Below are positions 49,871 through 63,150 of a stretch of DNA of 64,000 nt, piece after piece. Origin of the DNA: Pristiophorus japonicus (Eukaryota); NCBI RefSeq assembly GCF_044704955.1, contig NC_091995.1, positions 40,238,001 to 40,302,000 of the forward strand, in the 5' to 3' direction. The stretch's first letter is position 1; each line of letters opens with the position of its first letter. A program made the position numbers and the translations under genes. Below the pieces are notes generated by a model. That model was not told the origin of the DNA, ran no database searches, and saw nothing but the letters and a program-made list of their open reading frames with translations.

Positions 49871-50310
49871 CACAGTGACTGATCTACAGGGACTATCCCG
49901 GGCCCAGCTCTCAGTACACTCATTCTGTACACACAGTGACTGATGTACAGGGACCATCCCGGGCCCAGCCCTTGGTACATCCATTGTGTACACACAGTGA
50001 CTGATGTACAGGGACCATCCTGGGCCCAGCTCTCAGTATACCCATTGTGTACACACAGTGAGTGATGTACGTGGACCATCCCGGGCACAGCTCTTCTTAC
50101 ACCCACTGTGAACACACAATGAGTGATGTACAGGGACCATCCCGGGCTCAGCCCTCAGCACACCCATTGTGTGCACACAGTGGCTGATGTACAGGGACCA
50201 TCCCAGGCCCAGACCTCGGTACAGCCATTGTGTACACACAGTGACTGATGTACATTCACCATCCTGGCCCCACTCCTCGATATATCCATTGTGTACACAT
50301 ACTGACGTTA
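49871..50310. repeat. Minisatellite, 61-bp unit (right part, ~7 copies)
   Basis: Continues in register with the array left of the Gypsy insertion. Confidence 0.93.
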
Positions 50311-50614
50311 AGTACAAGTCAAAAATGACAATGTTATTCTAAATAATGAATTAATTTTCCTCCGGTTGCTTTCGGTAATTTCATTCTTTGTCTTCCGGGG
50401 GGTCGGGGGGCGTGCAAGAAGCCAGAACTCGGGGGGGTGGGGGGGCAGTTACTTACGTAAAATATAGGCAGTGTTTTTAAAAGTTTCTGTGACCCGATAA
50501 CGGTGTTCAACAGATGCAATATTGTATTCGGTTTAAAGGACCCCCGGCTGATATCAATGTCTGAGCTCCGATTTTAAGAGGAATTTGTTGTTATTAAAGT
50601 TTGTTGTTAACCTA

Positions 50615-51010
50615 GGGATGGATGAGTCAAGGATCCCTCATCAGCTTCTTCATGGCGAGCTCTGTGAAGGTCAAAGACACCAGGGGCGCCCCCGCAAGCG
50701 TTACAAAGATTGCATCAAGGCTAACCTCCAGTACTCTGGTATCCGACCAAAGGACCTTGCGAATACAGCAGCTAATAATACGAGGACTGCCTGCCAGACC
50801 TTCGAAGAAAGCCGATGTCAACGCCTGCGGGACACTAGAGATAGACGACATCAAGTGGCAGTACTGTCAGCATCAGGCACATCGAACTTCCCTTGTCCGA
50901 CGTGCAAGAGACGATGTGCATCCAGAATTGGCCTATACATCCACTTGAAGACACGTGCCTTTGATGATTAGCACATCAACGTCTTTGTTGGATACGACAG
51001 ACTACCAAGA
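50615..51010 (+). mobile_element. RTE-clade LINE 3' fragment with C-terminal C2H2-like finger
   Basis: RIPHQLLHGEL..GRPRKRYKD and FPCPTCKRRCASRIGLYIH. Confidence 0.82.
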
Positions 51011-51611
51011 ATTGTACTAATAAACGAAGGGGGATTTAAATGGGTACTTCACTCATGCGAAAATCCAAAGATCCACAGGTATATCTAACCTCCCCACCTT
51101 CCCCCATGGGTTTTAAGCTTGAGACCTGCCGGTCTGGGCATTGTGCGCGACCAGGAAGTCCAGACGGAATTCCTTGTTCAATACAAGTATGAAGAGTCAC
51201 ATCATCAATGGCCAGTGCTGGAGAGGAACCTTAACAGCAAATCCAGACTCACTGTCTGAGCTCCCCCATGAAACCCACACTGAAAGTTGTGCTATGCGAT
51301 GTCTGCTGGTTCCTGTGCACTCCGTCGTCAGTCACTACCTCCGGTATAGAAGGAGAGAACAAATAGTTCATCCCCACCCCGAACAATAGAAACCTTCTCT
51401 AAACCGGGCATTTCAATTCGGTGATAGTGAGAAACAGACCTGGGGATATAAAGTTCTTGTTTATTTGAAAACATTCAGGTTAGTAATAAGAAAATACATT
51501 CAGGAAAAATGAAACATTCGCTGAGAAGAGTTAGGTTTTTTGAATTATATGAAGAACGCTTTTGGTCCGTCACTGACTACAATATGGAACAGATTTCTTC
51601 ACCTGGTGCAC

Positions 51612-54600
51612 TACATAGAAATTACAGCACAGAAACAGGCCATTCGGCCCAACTGGGCCCTACCAGCGTTTATGATCCTCACCAGCCTGCTCCCACTCTA
51701 TTTGCTTCATCTCTCTCTATCAACATATCCTTCTATTCCTTTCTCACGCATAGACTTATCTAGCTTCCCCTTTAATACGTCTCTGCTATTGGCCCCAACC
51801 ACTCCACGGGGCAGCGAGTTCCACACTGAGTAAAACCTTTCTCCTGAATTCCTTATTAGATTCATTGGCAATTATTTTATATTTGTGGCACCTAGTTTTG
51901 GAATCCTCACTAGTGGAAACACCTTCTCTGGGTCTACAATATTGAACCCCTTCATAATCTTAAACACCTCAATCAGATCACCCCTCACACTGCTCTTTTC
52001 TCGAGAAAAGTGTGGCAGTCTACTCAGTTTTCCCTGATAGTTAAAAGCTCTCAGTCTGATGACATCTTTGTAAAAATAAAATTTCTCCAATGCATCAATA
52101 TCCTTTTTTATAATATGCAGACCAGAACTGTGCACAGTACTCCAAGTCAGCATGGATTTATGAAAGGGAAATCATGCTTGACAAATCTTCTCGAATTCTT
52201 TGAGGATGTAACAGTAGAGTGGACAAGGGAGAACCAGTGGATGTGGTGTATTTGGACTTTCAAAAGGCTTTTGACATGGTCCCACACAAGAGATTCCTGT
52301 GCAAAATTAAAGCACGTGGTATTGGGGGTAATTTATTGAGATGGATAAAGAACTGGTTGGCAGTCAGGAAGCAAAGAGTAGGGATAAACGGGTCCTTTTC
52401 AGAATGGCAGGCAGTGACTAGTGGAGTATCGCAAGGTTCAGTGCTGGGACCCCAGCTATTTACAATATACATTAATGATTTAGATGAAAGATATCTCCAA
52501 GTTTGCAGATGACACTGCTGGGTGGCAGTGTGAGCTGTGAGGAGGATGCTAAGAGGCTACAGGGTGACTTGGCCAGGTTAGGTGAGTGGGCAAATGCATG
52601 GCAGATGCAGTATAATGTGGATAAATGTGAGGTTATCCACTTTGGTGGCAAAAACACGAAGACAGAATATTATCTGAATGGCGGCAGGTAAGGAAAAGGG
52701 GAGGTGCAACGAGACCTGGGTGTCATGTACATCAGTCATTGAAAGTTGGCATGCAGGTACAGCAGGCGGTGAAGAAGGCAAATGGCATGTTGGCCTTCAT
52801 AGCAAGAGGAATTGAGTATAGGAGCAGGGAAGTCTTACTGCAGTTGTACAGGGCCTTGGTGAGGCCACACATTGAATACTGTGTACAGTTTTGATCTCCT
52901 AATTTGAGGAATTCTTGCTATTGAGGGAGTGCAGCGAAGGTTCACCAGACTGATTCCCAGGATGACAGGACTGACATATGAAGAAAGATTGGATCGACTA
53001 GGCTTATATTCACTGGAATTTAGACGAATGAGAGGGGATCTCATAGAAACATAAAATTCTGATGGGATTGGACATGTTAGATGCAGGAAAAATGTTCCCG
53101 ATGTTAGGAAAGTCCCGAACCAGGGGTCACAGTCTAAGGATAAGGGGTAAGCCATTTAGGACCGAGATGAGGAAAAACTTCTTCACTCAGAGAATTGTCA
53201 ACCTGTGGAATTCTCTACCACAGAATGTTGTTGAGGCCAATTCTTTAGATATATTCAAAAAGGAGTTAAATGTGGCCCTTATGGCTAAAGGGATCAAGGG
53301 GTATGGAGAGAAAGAAGGAATGGGGTACTGAAGTTGCATGATCAGCCATGATCTTATTGAATGGCGGTGCAGGCTCGAAGGGCCGAATGTCCTACTCCTG
53401 CAACAAATTTCTATGTTTCTATGATTCCCGGGAATCAGTCTGGTGAACCTTCGCTGCACTCCCTCAATAACAAATTCCTCAGGTTAGGAGACCAAAACTG
53501 TACACAATACTCCAGGTGTGGCCTCACCAAGGGCCTGTACAACTGTAGCAACACCTCCCTGCCCCTGTACTCAAATCCCCTCGCTATGAAGGCCAACATG
53601 CCATTTGCTTTCTTAACCGCCTGCTGTACCTGCATGCCAACCTTCAATGACTGATGTACCATGACACCCAGGTCTCGTTGCACCTCCCCTTTTCCTAATC
53701 TGTCACCATTCAGATAATAGTCTGTCTCTCTGTTTTTACCACCAAAGTGGACAACCTCACATTTATCCACATTATACTTCATCTGCCATGCATTTGCCCA
53801 CTCACCTAACCTATCCAAGTTGCTCTGCAGCCTCATAGCATCCTCCTCGCAGCTCACACTGCCACCTAACTTAGTGTCATCTGCAAATTTGGAGATACTA
53901 CATTTAATCCCCTCGTCTAAATCACTAATATACAGTGTAAACAGCTGGGGCCCCAGCACAGAACCTTGCGGTACCCCACTAGTCACCGCCTGCCATTCTG
54001 AAAAGTACCCGTTTACTCCTACTCTTTGCTTCCTGTCTGACAACCATTTCTCAGTCCATGTCAGCACACTACCCCCAATCCCATGTGCTTTAACTTTGCA
54101 CATTAATCTCTTGTGTGGAACCTTGTCGAAAGCCTTCTGAAAGTCCAGATATACCACATCAAATGGTTCTCCCTTGTCCACTCTACTGGAAACATCCTCA
54201 AAAAATTTCAGAAGATTTGTCAAGCATGATTTCCCTTTCACAAATCCATGCTGACTTGGACCTATCATGTCACCTTTTTCCAAATGCGCAGCTATGACAT
54301 CCTTAATAATTGATTCCATCATCTTACCCACTACCGATGTCAGGCTGACCGGTCTATAATTCCCTGTTTTCTCTCTCCCTCCTTTTTTAAAAAGTGGGGT
54401 TACATTGGCTACCCTCCACTCGATAGGAACTGATCCACAGTCAATGGAATGTTGGAAAATGACTGTCAATGCATCCGCTATTTCCAAGGCCACCTCCTTA
54501 AGTACTCTGGGATGCAGTCCATCAGGCCCTGGAGATTTATCGGCCTTCAATCCCATCAATTTCCCCAACACAATTTCCCGACTAATAAGAATTTCCCTCA

Positions 54601-55035
54601 GTTCCTCTCCTTACTAGACCCTCTGACCCTTCTTATATCCGAAATGTTGTTTGTGTCCTCCTTAGTGAATACCGAACCAAAATACTTGTTCAATTGGTCC
54701 GCCATTTCTTTGTACCATATTGAATGGTGGTGCAAGCTCGAAGGACCGAATGGCCTAGTCCTGCACTTATTTTCTATGTTTCTATGTAGTTTAAGCAAGG
54801 CTCTATACAAGTTTAACATAACTTCTCTGCTTTCTAATTGTATTCGTCTAGAAATGAACCCCAGTGCTTTGTTTGCATTTTATGGCCTTATTAATCAGTA
54901 TTGCTGCATTTAATGATGTGTGTGCGTGTACCCCAGATCCCTTTACACCTCTAACCCATTTAAACTGGTATTTCCAAGGAGTGTGTGGCCTCCTTATTCC
55001 TCCTACCAAAATGTAATACCTCACAATGATCTTCA
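51612..55035. mobile_element. Nested CR1 LINE cluster: old minus copy hosting a + copy (~52140-53420), a minus segment (~53422-54715) and a + tail (~54715-54787)
   Basis: RT ORFs 52219-52512, 53062-53331 (+) and 53435-54571 (-, 378 aa). Confidence 0.9.
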
Positions 55036-55544
55036 TTCAAATAGATCATTGAACAACTGAGAGAAAAATGCGCTCCAATGAAATGGTAAAGCCGCAATTT
55101 GAGCGGGCTTGGGATATCCTCATGCACAGAGGAAATCACCCCCTGGGATATAATTAGGTTTATACAGAATGCTGAGGAACGGTTTCTCTAGGATTTAAAA
55201 TAATGCAACGTATTTTAATATTGCAGAACATTCTCGGCACTGTTTAAACGCGGGTTACTGATATTACTGCTGTCCTGGCGCACACCTGGAACTTTTCTTT
55301 GTTCCTCAATGTGGGAGAGCAAAGAGCAAACAGGGTCCCAGCGACAGTTCGCGGTGGGGTCACTGTGGGTCCTGCGGCGGAAGTGCTTTTGTACAGTCAG
55401 TTTAACTCTCAACATACACTGTTTCGTTTCATGTCAGCGCGATATTTATCGCACTTATGAACTTTCTATAAACCCACAACGAACAACTGTTACCCACATC
55501 CGGCAGCCTTCTCCCAAAATCTGTCGGATTTGCAAAGCTTCTTA

Positions 55545-55915
55545 GGAACATAAGAATTACTAGCAGCAGTAGGCCATGCGGCCCTTCGAGCCTGCTCCAT
55601 TATTCAACAAGATCATGACTGATCATAGACCTCAACTGCACTTTCCAGCCCTATCCCCATATCCCTTGCTTGCCTTCGAGTCAAACAAATCTATCGATCT
55701 CAACCTTGAATATACTCAACCACTCGGCATCCACAGCCATCTGGGGGAGAGAATTCCAAAGATTCACTACCCTCTGAGTGAAGAAATTCCTCCTCATCGC
55801 AGTCTTAAATGGCCGAGCCCTTCTCCTGAGACTGTGCCCCCTGGTCCTAGACACTCCAGCCAGGGGGAAACAACCCCTCAACATCTACCTTGTCAAACCC
55901 TCTCAGAATCACTCT
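55545..55915 (-). mobile_element. CR1 LINE 3' end
   Basis: SRTRGHSLRRRARPFKTAMRRNFFTQRVVNLWNSLP. Confidence 0.88.
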
Positions 55916-56767
55916 TCCTCTGATACCCAGTGTTAGTAACAAGCACCGGTGAGTCAGGTATTTGCCGCTGGATGCAGAGTAAAGCTCCCTCTACCACCTC
56001 AACAAAGATCCTCAGCTCCAACCTCCATCCTGCATTACTTTGCAATGTTCTACTCCCTTTGGTCCAAACTATATCCATTCATTCCAATAAGTATATGTTG
56101 AAATTATAGTAACATTAGTTGGCGTCCTTTTATTCTGAATGTTAAACTAAACAAATAAGTTATTTCCATGCTTATCTGTAATGCATCACACGTGCCGTTC
56201 ACCAAAATTGTGCTTATAAGGCATTGGCATTTAGTCCATGAACCAAGCTTTAATCACCTATCCTAATATCTCCTTTCGTGGCTTGGTGTTGAAGTTTGGT
56301 TGATAACGTTCCTGTGAAGCGCCTAGGGATGTTTTACTACATTGAAGGCGCTATATAAACACAAGTTGTTGATGATTTTGTTGAAAGCCAAGCAGAGTGG
56401 CAACTGCCTGTTCCAATGTCTGATCAGGCCTGACCATAGATTCTAGCTGTTTCTTCACTCACAGCCTTATAGATTTTGTGTGAAAACACATGAGAGTGTG
56501 GCTTTGCCAGTCTGGAACGTAATTCACTTATGTTACGCCCTCACCAACACCAACTGCAGAGCAGGTGAGTGTACGACAGACTTGTGGTTTTGAGTTATTA
56601 AAAGAAACGCTCAAACTACCGGCTCTGGAACATATTCCATGTACTGTTCTTTTCTATTTTCTCTCAATTCTCCCCCAGTCTATTATGAAATGCATTGTGC
56701 CATGTTGGAGCAGGTTTGCTCTTATTCTCATAGTGCTCAGGGGTTTCATCCTTGTGACCACTCTTTA

Positions 56768-57590
56768 ACCGTGGGCTTTAAACAGTGGACATTCTGGGGC
56801 TATTCCACCGCGGCGGGCATGATTGCAGGGGACCATTTCCCTAACCGTGGGCTTTAGTTAGTGGGCATTCTGAGGCTATTCCACTGCAGGGAGCATTATT
56901 GCAGGGAACCTTTGTCCTAACTGTAGGCTTTAGATAGTGGGGGGCATTCTGGGGCTATTCCACCGCGGGGGGCATTATTACAGGGTGCCTTTGTCCTAAC
57001 CATGGGCTTTAGATAGTGGGCATTCTGAGGCTATTCCAGTGCAGGGGGCATTATTGCAGGGGACCTTTTCCCTAAGTGTGGGCTTTAGATAGTGGGTATT
57101 CTGAGGCTATTCCACTGCAGGGGGCATTATTACAGGGCACCTTTGTCCGAACCTTGGGCTTTAGATAGTGGGCATTCTGAGGCTATTCCACCATGGGGAG
57201 CATTATACAAGGCGCATTTATCCTAACCGTGGGCTTTAGATAGTGGGCATTCTGAAGCTATTCCACCGCGGGGGGCATTATTGCAGGGGACCTTTGTCCT
57301 AACCATGGGCTTTAGATGGTAGGCATTCTGAGGCTATTCTACCGCAGGGGGTGGGACATTATTACAGAGCACTTTTATCCTAATCGTGGGCTTTCGATAG
57401 TAGGCATTCTGAGGCTATTCCACCACGGGGGGCATTATATAAGGTGCCTTTGTCCTAACTGTAGGTTTTAGATAGTGGGCATTCTGAGGCTATTCCACCA
57501 CGGGGGGCATTATACAAGGCGCCTTTGTCCTAACCGTGGGCTTTAGATAGTGGGCATTCTGAGGCTATTCCATTGCAGGGGCCATGATTA
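56768..57590. repeat. Minisatellite, ~75-76-bp unit, ~11 copies
   Basis: ggctttagatagtgggcattctgaggctattcca.. recurs with period ~76 (57005, 57081). Confidence 0.93.
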
Positions 57591-58014
57591 CACGGAGCCT
57601 TTGTCCTCACCTGACTTACACACACAGGCACTTTGCAGCGAGAGGCATTGGCTTGGCAATCAGGTGAGGAAAGCCTGGCTGCTTTCCTTTCTCTTGTCCA
57701 GAGAGGCTGAGGCCAATTCTAATCACATCTCATTCAACCATGACGGCAAACTGGGCGTCCGTAATATGCAGTGTTGGGCGAGGGGCTGTATTGACTCACT
57801 AAGGGCGTCATTGTGATGGTGATTCACTGCTTATACCAGATCACACCCGGTATGTCACATCTTCCAATCCCTTTAACCATTATCGCAGGCCTGTCTTTTC
57901 AGTGATTCCAAACAACCTCCATGCTGGCCTTGATGTGAAATTCCTGTAACAGATCTACCAAAGGCCCATTGTATCTCCCATTAGCTTTAAGGCTTCACTC
58001 GATGGACTTCAATC

Positions 58015-58462
58015 GACCCATCACCTCTGTGCTCACTGACCTACACTGGACCTCAATCAGCAATGTCTCGATTTTAAAATTTGCATCCTCGTGTTCAAAT
58101 CCATCGATAGCCTCACCCTCTCCATATCTATGTAACCTTCGCTAGCCTTATAACCCTCCGAGATCTCTGCCCTCCTCCAATTCTGGCATCTTGCACATCC
58201 CGATTTGAATCGCTCCACCATTGGCAGTCGTGCCTTCAGCTGCAGAGCTTTGGAATTCCCTCTCTAAATCTATCCAGCTCTCCACCTCTCTCTCCTCCTT
58301 GATGATAATACTTAAAATCTAACTTTAACCAATCTTTTGGTCACCTGTCCTAATATCGGCTTATGTGTCTCGGTGTCAAATGATGTTTTATAATCACTCC
58401 TGTGAATCCCCTCAGACGTTTTACAATGTTAAAGGTGCTATTTAAATGCAAGTTGTTGTTGT
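58015..58462 (+). mobile_element. L2-clade LINE 3' fragment
   Basis: Similar to 34345-34880; (gtt)n tail. Confidence 0.8.
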
Positions 58463-58659
58463 TCTTCCCCATTCTTATTTCTCTCGGGGCCATTAACTGA
58501 GCCGAATGTGCCTGCCTTTGTTTCTGTGACCACGCAGAAATATCAGGCTTCAATACAGATTTATACAATCGTCTCTGGCCTCCTCCGCAGCCTGCATTGA
58601 AATATTCTGCGCAGTCACCCATACATCCCTTGAGCTAGGAAACACTAAGACTGGTTTTA

Positions 58660-60838
58660 CGAGAATGACCAGGAGTTCCAGAAGCTAATAAGCCCAAGTA
58701 CAAGACATTTCTAAATCTAAAGCAGCAACCCAATTTGGGAGCAGCAAAGCAGTTCTTTTGACGGCTGAAGGCCGAGGTCCAACAAAAAACCCGCGATCTA
58801 AAGAATAGTTGGTGGGTGGAGAAATCACAGGGGATCTAGAACTTGGCCGACAACCATGACGTGTGAGTTTTCTTCAGCGCAGTCAAGTCCACCTATGGCC
58901 CAAGCACCCAAGGCCCCACCCCACTGCTGGCCAAGAATGGAGAGGCACTCATTAAGGACACTGAGGCAGTCAGGACCCACTGGAAGGAGCACTTCGAAGA
59001 TCTCCTTAACCGAGACTCTACCTTCAACGCAAGTGTCCTCAACTCCATCCCGTAAGCATGCTACCCACCACTATCTCAGCAAAATCTCAACCTTGCATGA
59101 GGTAGAAAAGGCCATCCATCAGCTCAAGAACAACAAGGCATCAGGAGCAAATGGAATCCCCGCTGAGGCACTAAAGTATGGTGGAGAGGCACTATTGGCA
59201 CATATGCATGACCTCATCTCTCTCATCTGGAAGGAGGAGTGCATGCCTGGAGATCTCAGAGATGCCGTAATCATGACCATCTTCAAAAAAGTGGACAAGT
59301 GTGTGCGGTAACTACAGAGGAATCTCCCTGCTGTTGGCCACTGGGAAACTCATTGTAAAAATCCTCCTCAATCGTCTTCTCCCCATGGCTGAAGAGCCCC
59401 TCCCAGAGCCACAATGTGGATTCCATCCACTAAGGGGTACAATGGACGTGATCTTCACTGTGCATCAATTACAAAAGAAATACAGGGAACAGCATCAAGC
59501 CTTGTACATGGCCTTCTTTGACCTCACAAAGGCCTTTGACACTGAAAACCGCGAGGGACTATGGAGCGTCCTCCTCCGTTTTGGCTGCCCCAAAAGTTTG
59601 TCACCATCCTCTGCCTGCTCCACCATGACATGCAAGCCGTGATCCTCACCAACAGATCCACCATAGATCCAATCCACGTCCGGACCGGGGTCAAGCAAGG
59701 CTGCGTTTAGTTCCACTCCAACGCTTTTCTCATTCTTCCTTGCTGCAATGCTCCATCTCACTCTCAACAAACTCCCCGTTGGAGTGGAACTAAACTATAG
59801 AACCAATGGGAACCTGTTCAACCTTCGTCACCTAGACCCAAAGTCGTCCCATCCTCTGTCATTGAACTACAGTACATGGACGACGCTTGCGTCTGTGCAC
59901 ACACACAGGCCGAACTCCAAGCCATTGTCAACACCTTCACCGAGGCGTACGAAAGCATAGGCCTTATGCTAAACATCCATAATACAATGGTCCTCCATCA
60001 ACCTGACCCCGCCACACAGCATTGCCCCCCAGTCATTGAAATCCATGGCGCGGTCTTGGACAATGTGGACCATACCTCGGGAGCCTACTATCAGCAAGGG
60101 CAGACATCGATGACGATGTCCAACTCCGTCTCCAGTGTGCCAGCGCAGCCTTCGGTCACCTGACGAAGAGAGTGTTTGAAGACAGACCTCAAACCTGGCA
60201 TCAAGCTTATGGTCTACAGGGCAGTACTGATACCCACCCTCCTATATGGCTCAGAGACGTGGGCCATATACAGCAGAAATCTCAAAGAGCTGGAGATCCC
60301 GCGAATCCACTGGGAGGATAGACACACCAACGTCAGTGTGCTCGCTCAGGCCAACATCCCCAGCATCGAAGCACTGACCACGCTCGACCAGCTTCGGTGG
60401 GTGGGCCACATCGTCCGTATGCCCAACACGAGACTCCCTAAGGAAACGCTCTACTCAGAACTCCTACACAGCAAGCAAGCCCCAGGTGGGTAGAAGAAAC
60501 ATTTCAAGGACACCCTCAAAGCCTCCTTGATAAAGTGCAATATCCCCACCAGCACCTGTGAATCCCTGGCCCAAGACACCCCTAAGTGAAGGAAGAGCAT
60601 TCGGGAGGGCGCTAAGCGCCTCGAGTCTCGTCGCCGAGAGCATGCAGAATGCAAGCATAGACAGTGGAAGGAGCGTGCAGCAAACCAGGATCCCCACCCA
60701 CCCTTTTCTTCAACCACTGTCTGCCCCACCTGTGACAGAGACTGTAATTCCCATATTGGACTGTACAGCCACCCGAGAACTCACTTTTAGAGTGGAAGCA
60801 AGTCTTCCTCGATTCCGAGGGACTGCCTATGATGATGA
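58660..60838 (+). mobile_element. RTE-clade LINE, 5'-truncated, multiply frameshifted
   Basis: KASGANGIPAE, NYRGISLL, QCGF, FFDLTKAFD, LLYGSETW, QLRWVGHIVRM; gatgatga tail. Confidence 0.93.
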
Positions 60839-60869
60839 GATATCTGTCATCATCCACACCTTCTGCATC

Positions 60870-61650
60870 TTTCAATGCATATAAATGTGAGGTATTACAT
60901 TTTGGCAGGAAGAATAGGCAGGTCACTTTTCCCTTGGAGATAGAGGAACAAAGGGATCTCGGAGTACAGATACATCAATCACTAAAAGTTGCGACACAGG
61001 TTAGCAAGGTCGTAAGAAAAGCAAACCAAGCATTAGGGTTTATGTGTGGCGGTATAGAATTCAAAAGTAGGGAAGTTATGCTAAACCTGTATCGAGCGTT
61101 GGTTCGACCGCACTTAGAGTACTGTGTACAGTTCTGATCGCCATATTGCAAAAAGGATATAGAGGCACTGGAGAGGGTGCAGAGAAGATTTACAAGGGTG
61201 ATATCAAAAATGCGAGGGTATACATATCAGGAACGGATGAACAGGCCGGGTCTCTTTTTTCTTGAAAAAATAAGGCTGAGGGTGACCTAATGGAGGTCTT
61301 TTAAAATTATGAAAGCTTTTGATAGAGTGGATACAGAGAAAATATTTCCACTTGTGGGGAAGAGCATAACTAGAGGCCATCAATATAAGATAGTCACCAA
61401 GAAATTCAATCGGGAATTCAGAAGAAACTTTATCCAAAAAATGGTGAGAATGTGGAACTCTCTACCACAGGGAGTGGTTGAAGTGAATAATACAGATGCA
61501 TTAAAGGGAAGGCTAGACACGCATATGGGGGAGAATGGAATAGAGGGTTATGCTGATTGATTTAGATGAGAAAAGACAGGAGGAGGCTCAATTGGAGCAT
61601 AAACGCTGGCATGGACAGGTTGGGCCGAATGGCCTGTTTCTGTGTATATC
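60870..61650 (+). mobile_element. CR1 LINE 3' fragment
   Basis: KCEVLHFGRKN, LYRALVRPHLEYCVQF, TRGHQYKI. Confidence 0.88.
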
Positions 61651-62764
61651 TCCTATGGTATTTTTCTATAGAGTGAATGTTTCCATCACGTCCGCATTCT
61701 CCCACAATACATTATCTCTTGTTGTGTGCAGCATTCCAAGTACATGAGACCACAAGTTCACACACTGGATTCATTCTTCTGAGCAGAGGCGAAGATTGGG
61801 GTCTAGAATATCCAGGTTATCACAGGACCTGATTTGGAGATCACTGCCAACCTAGATACACACAAGTGTGTGTTTTCTAAGTTTCAAGTGAATTTCTTAA
61901 GGCAGATCAGTTGTGCCTGTATCAGATGGTCATTACCGACGATTCCAAACAGCTACGATTCCTATCACTGCGGTGAGAGGTGGGAGAGAGTTTCTTGGAT
62001 TGCCGCTGCAGGAATAATTTGTCTGATTGCTACTTCCAGCAAAAATATAAATGCTCAGTCTATGGAATTAGCAACCAGTGGGAATCTCCTGCAGCCCGTG
62101 TAGATTTATTATTGTCAGGAATCTCCTTGCCTGCATATGATGTTAGTGCAAAGCCCAATTTGCTCTTAATAACAATCTACTATTATTGTGGTTTTGTGAG
62201 TACACGCCAGAGGGGCTTTGTACACTTGGGTCAGTTGCAGCGGAGGGAAAAACGCGTGCACTTTAAACTGTGCACAGTTGAAATGTGATGCATGGGCATT
62301 TTGTGTATTGATGTGGGAAAATGCGCACTTTCGGCAATATTGTGTTTTTTAATGTTGTGGGCATTTCTCTGTGTGTGGGTTTGTGTGTGACCCGTATTTA
62401 TGTCTGACTGTGTGCACACCCGGATACTTGAAACAAGTGTGTTTGTCTGTGAGCGCTTGTCAAGACTTATCAAGTCAAGGTCCTTGGGGATTTGGAAGTA
62501 TTTGGGAGTTTCTGTCAACATCCCTAGTTGCTCTTCGAACATAAAAGAGTCAAGTGTATAGCCTGTGACTGGAGTTCAATGTGGCACAGACCCTCCAGCA
62601 GTGGCAGGTTCACTTTCCTCGAGGACATTTATGAAGCAGTTGGGTTTTTGTACTTTAACCTTTTATTAGTGAATTTCTGGCATTGGCCACACATTGACAG
62701 ATATTATTAAATTCTGTTTCAGCATTTGCCCTGGTGGGATTCAAACCCACAGACTCTGGGTTGC

Positions 62765-63150
62765 TCATCATCATCATCATCATAGGCAGTCTCTTGGAAT
62801 TGAGGAAGACTTGCTTCCACTCCTGAAGTGAGTTCTTTGGTGACTGAAGTCCAATATGAGAGCCACAGACTGTCACAGATGGGACAGATAGTCGTTGAGG
62901 GAAGGGGTGGGTGCGACTGGTTTGCCGCACTCTCGTTCCACTGTCTGCGCTTGATTTCTGCTCTCGGCGTTGAGACTCGAGGTGCTCTGCGCCCACTTGG
63001 ATGCACTTCCTCCACTTAGGGCGGTCTTGGGCCAGGGACTCCTAGGTGTCAGTAGGGATGTTGCACTTTATCAGTGAGGCTTTGAGGGTGTCCTTGTAGC
63101 GTTTTCACTGCCCACTTTTGGCTCGTTTGCCACGAAGGAGCTCCGAGTAT
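62765..63150 (-). mobile_element. RTE-clade LINE 3' end
   Basis: (cat)n tail at ~62766 and reverse complement of the 3' end seen at 19300-19680. Confidence 0.88.

Noticed and set aside
45450-50310. CACAGTG (RAG recombination signal heptamer) in nearly every 61-bp unit
   Set aside because: No ACAAAAACC-like nonamer at 12 or 23 nt spacing (ggaccatcc / ggcccagct found instead) and no V/D/J segments nearby
51251-51340. Possible minus-strand exon ending ACA|GTGAGT
   Set aside because: Not leader-like or MHC-like; acceptor atypical
61906-61972. Possible 67-nt plus-strand exon (ggcag|...GCG|gtgaga)
   Set aside because: Weak acceptor and no recognisable peptide in any frame
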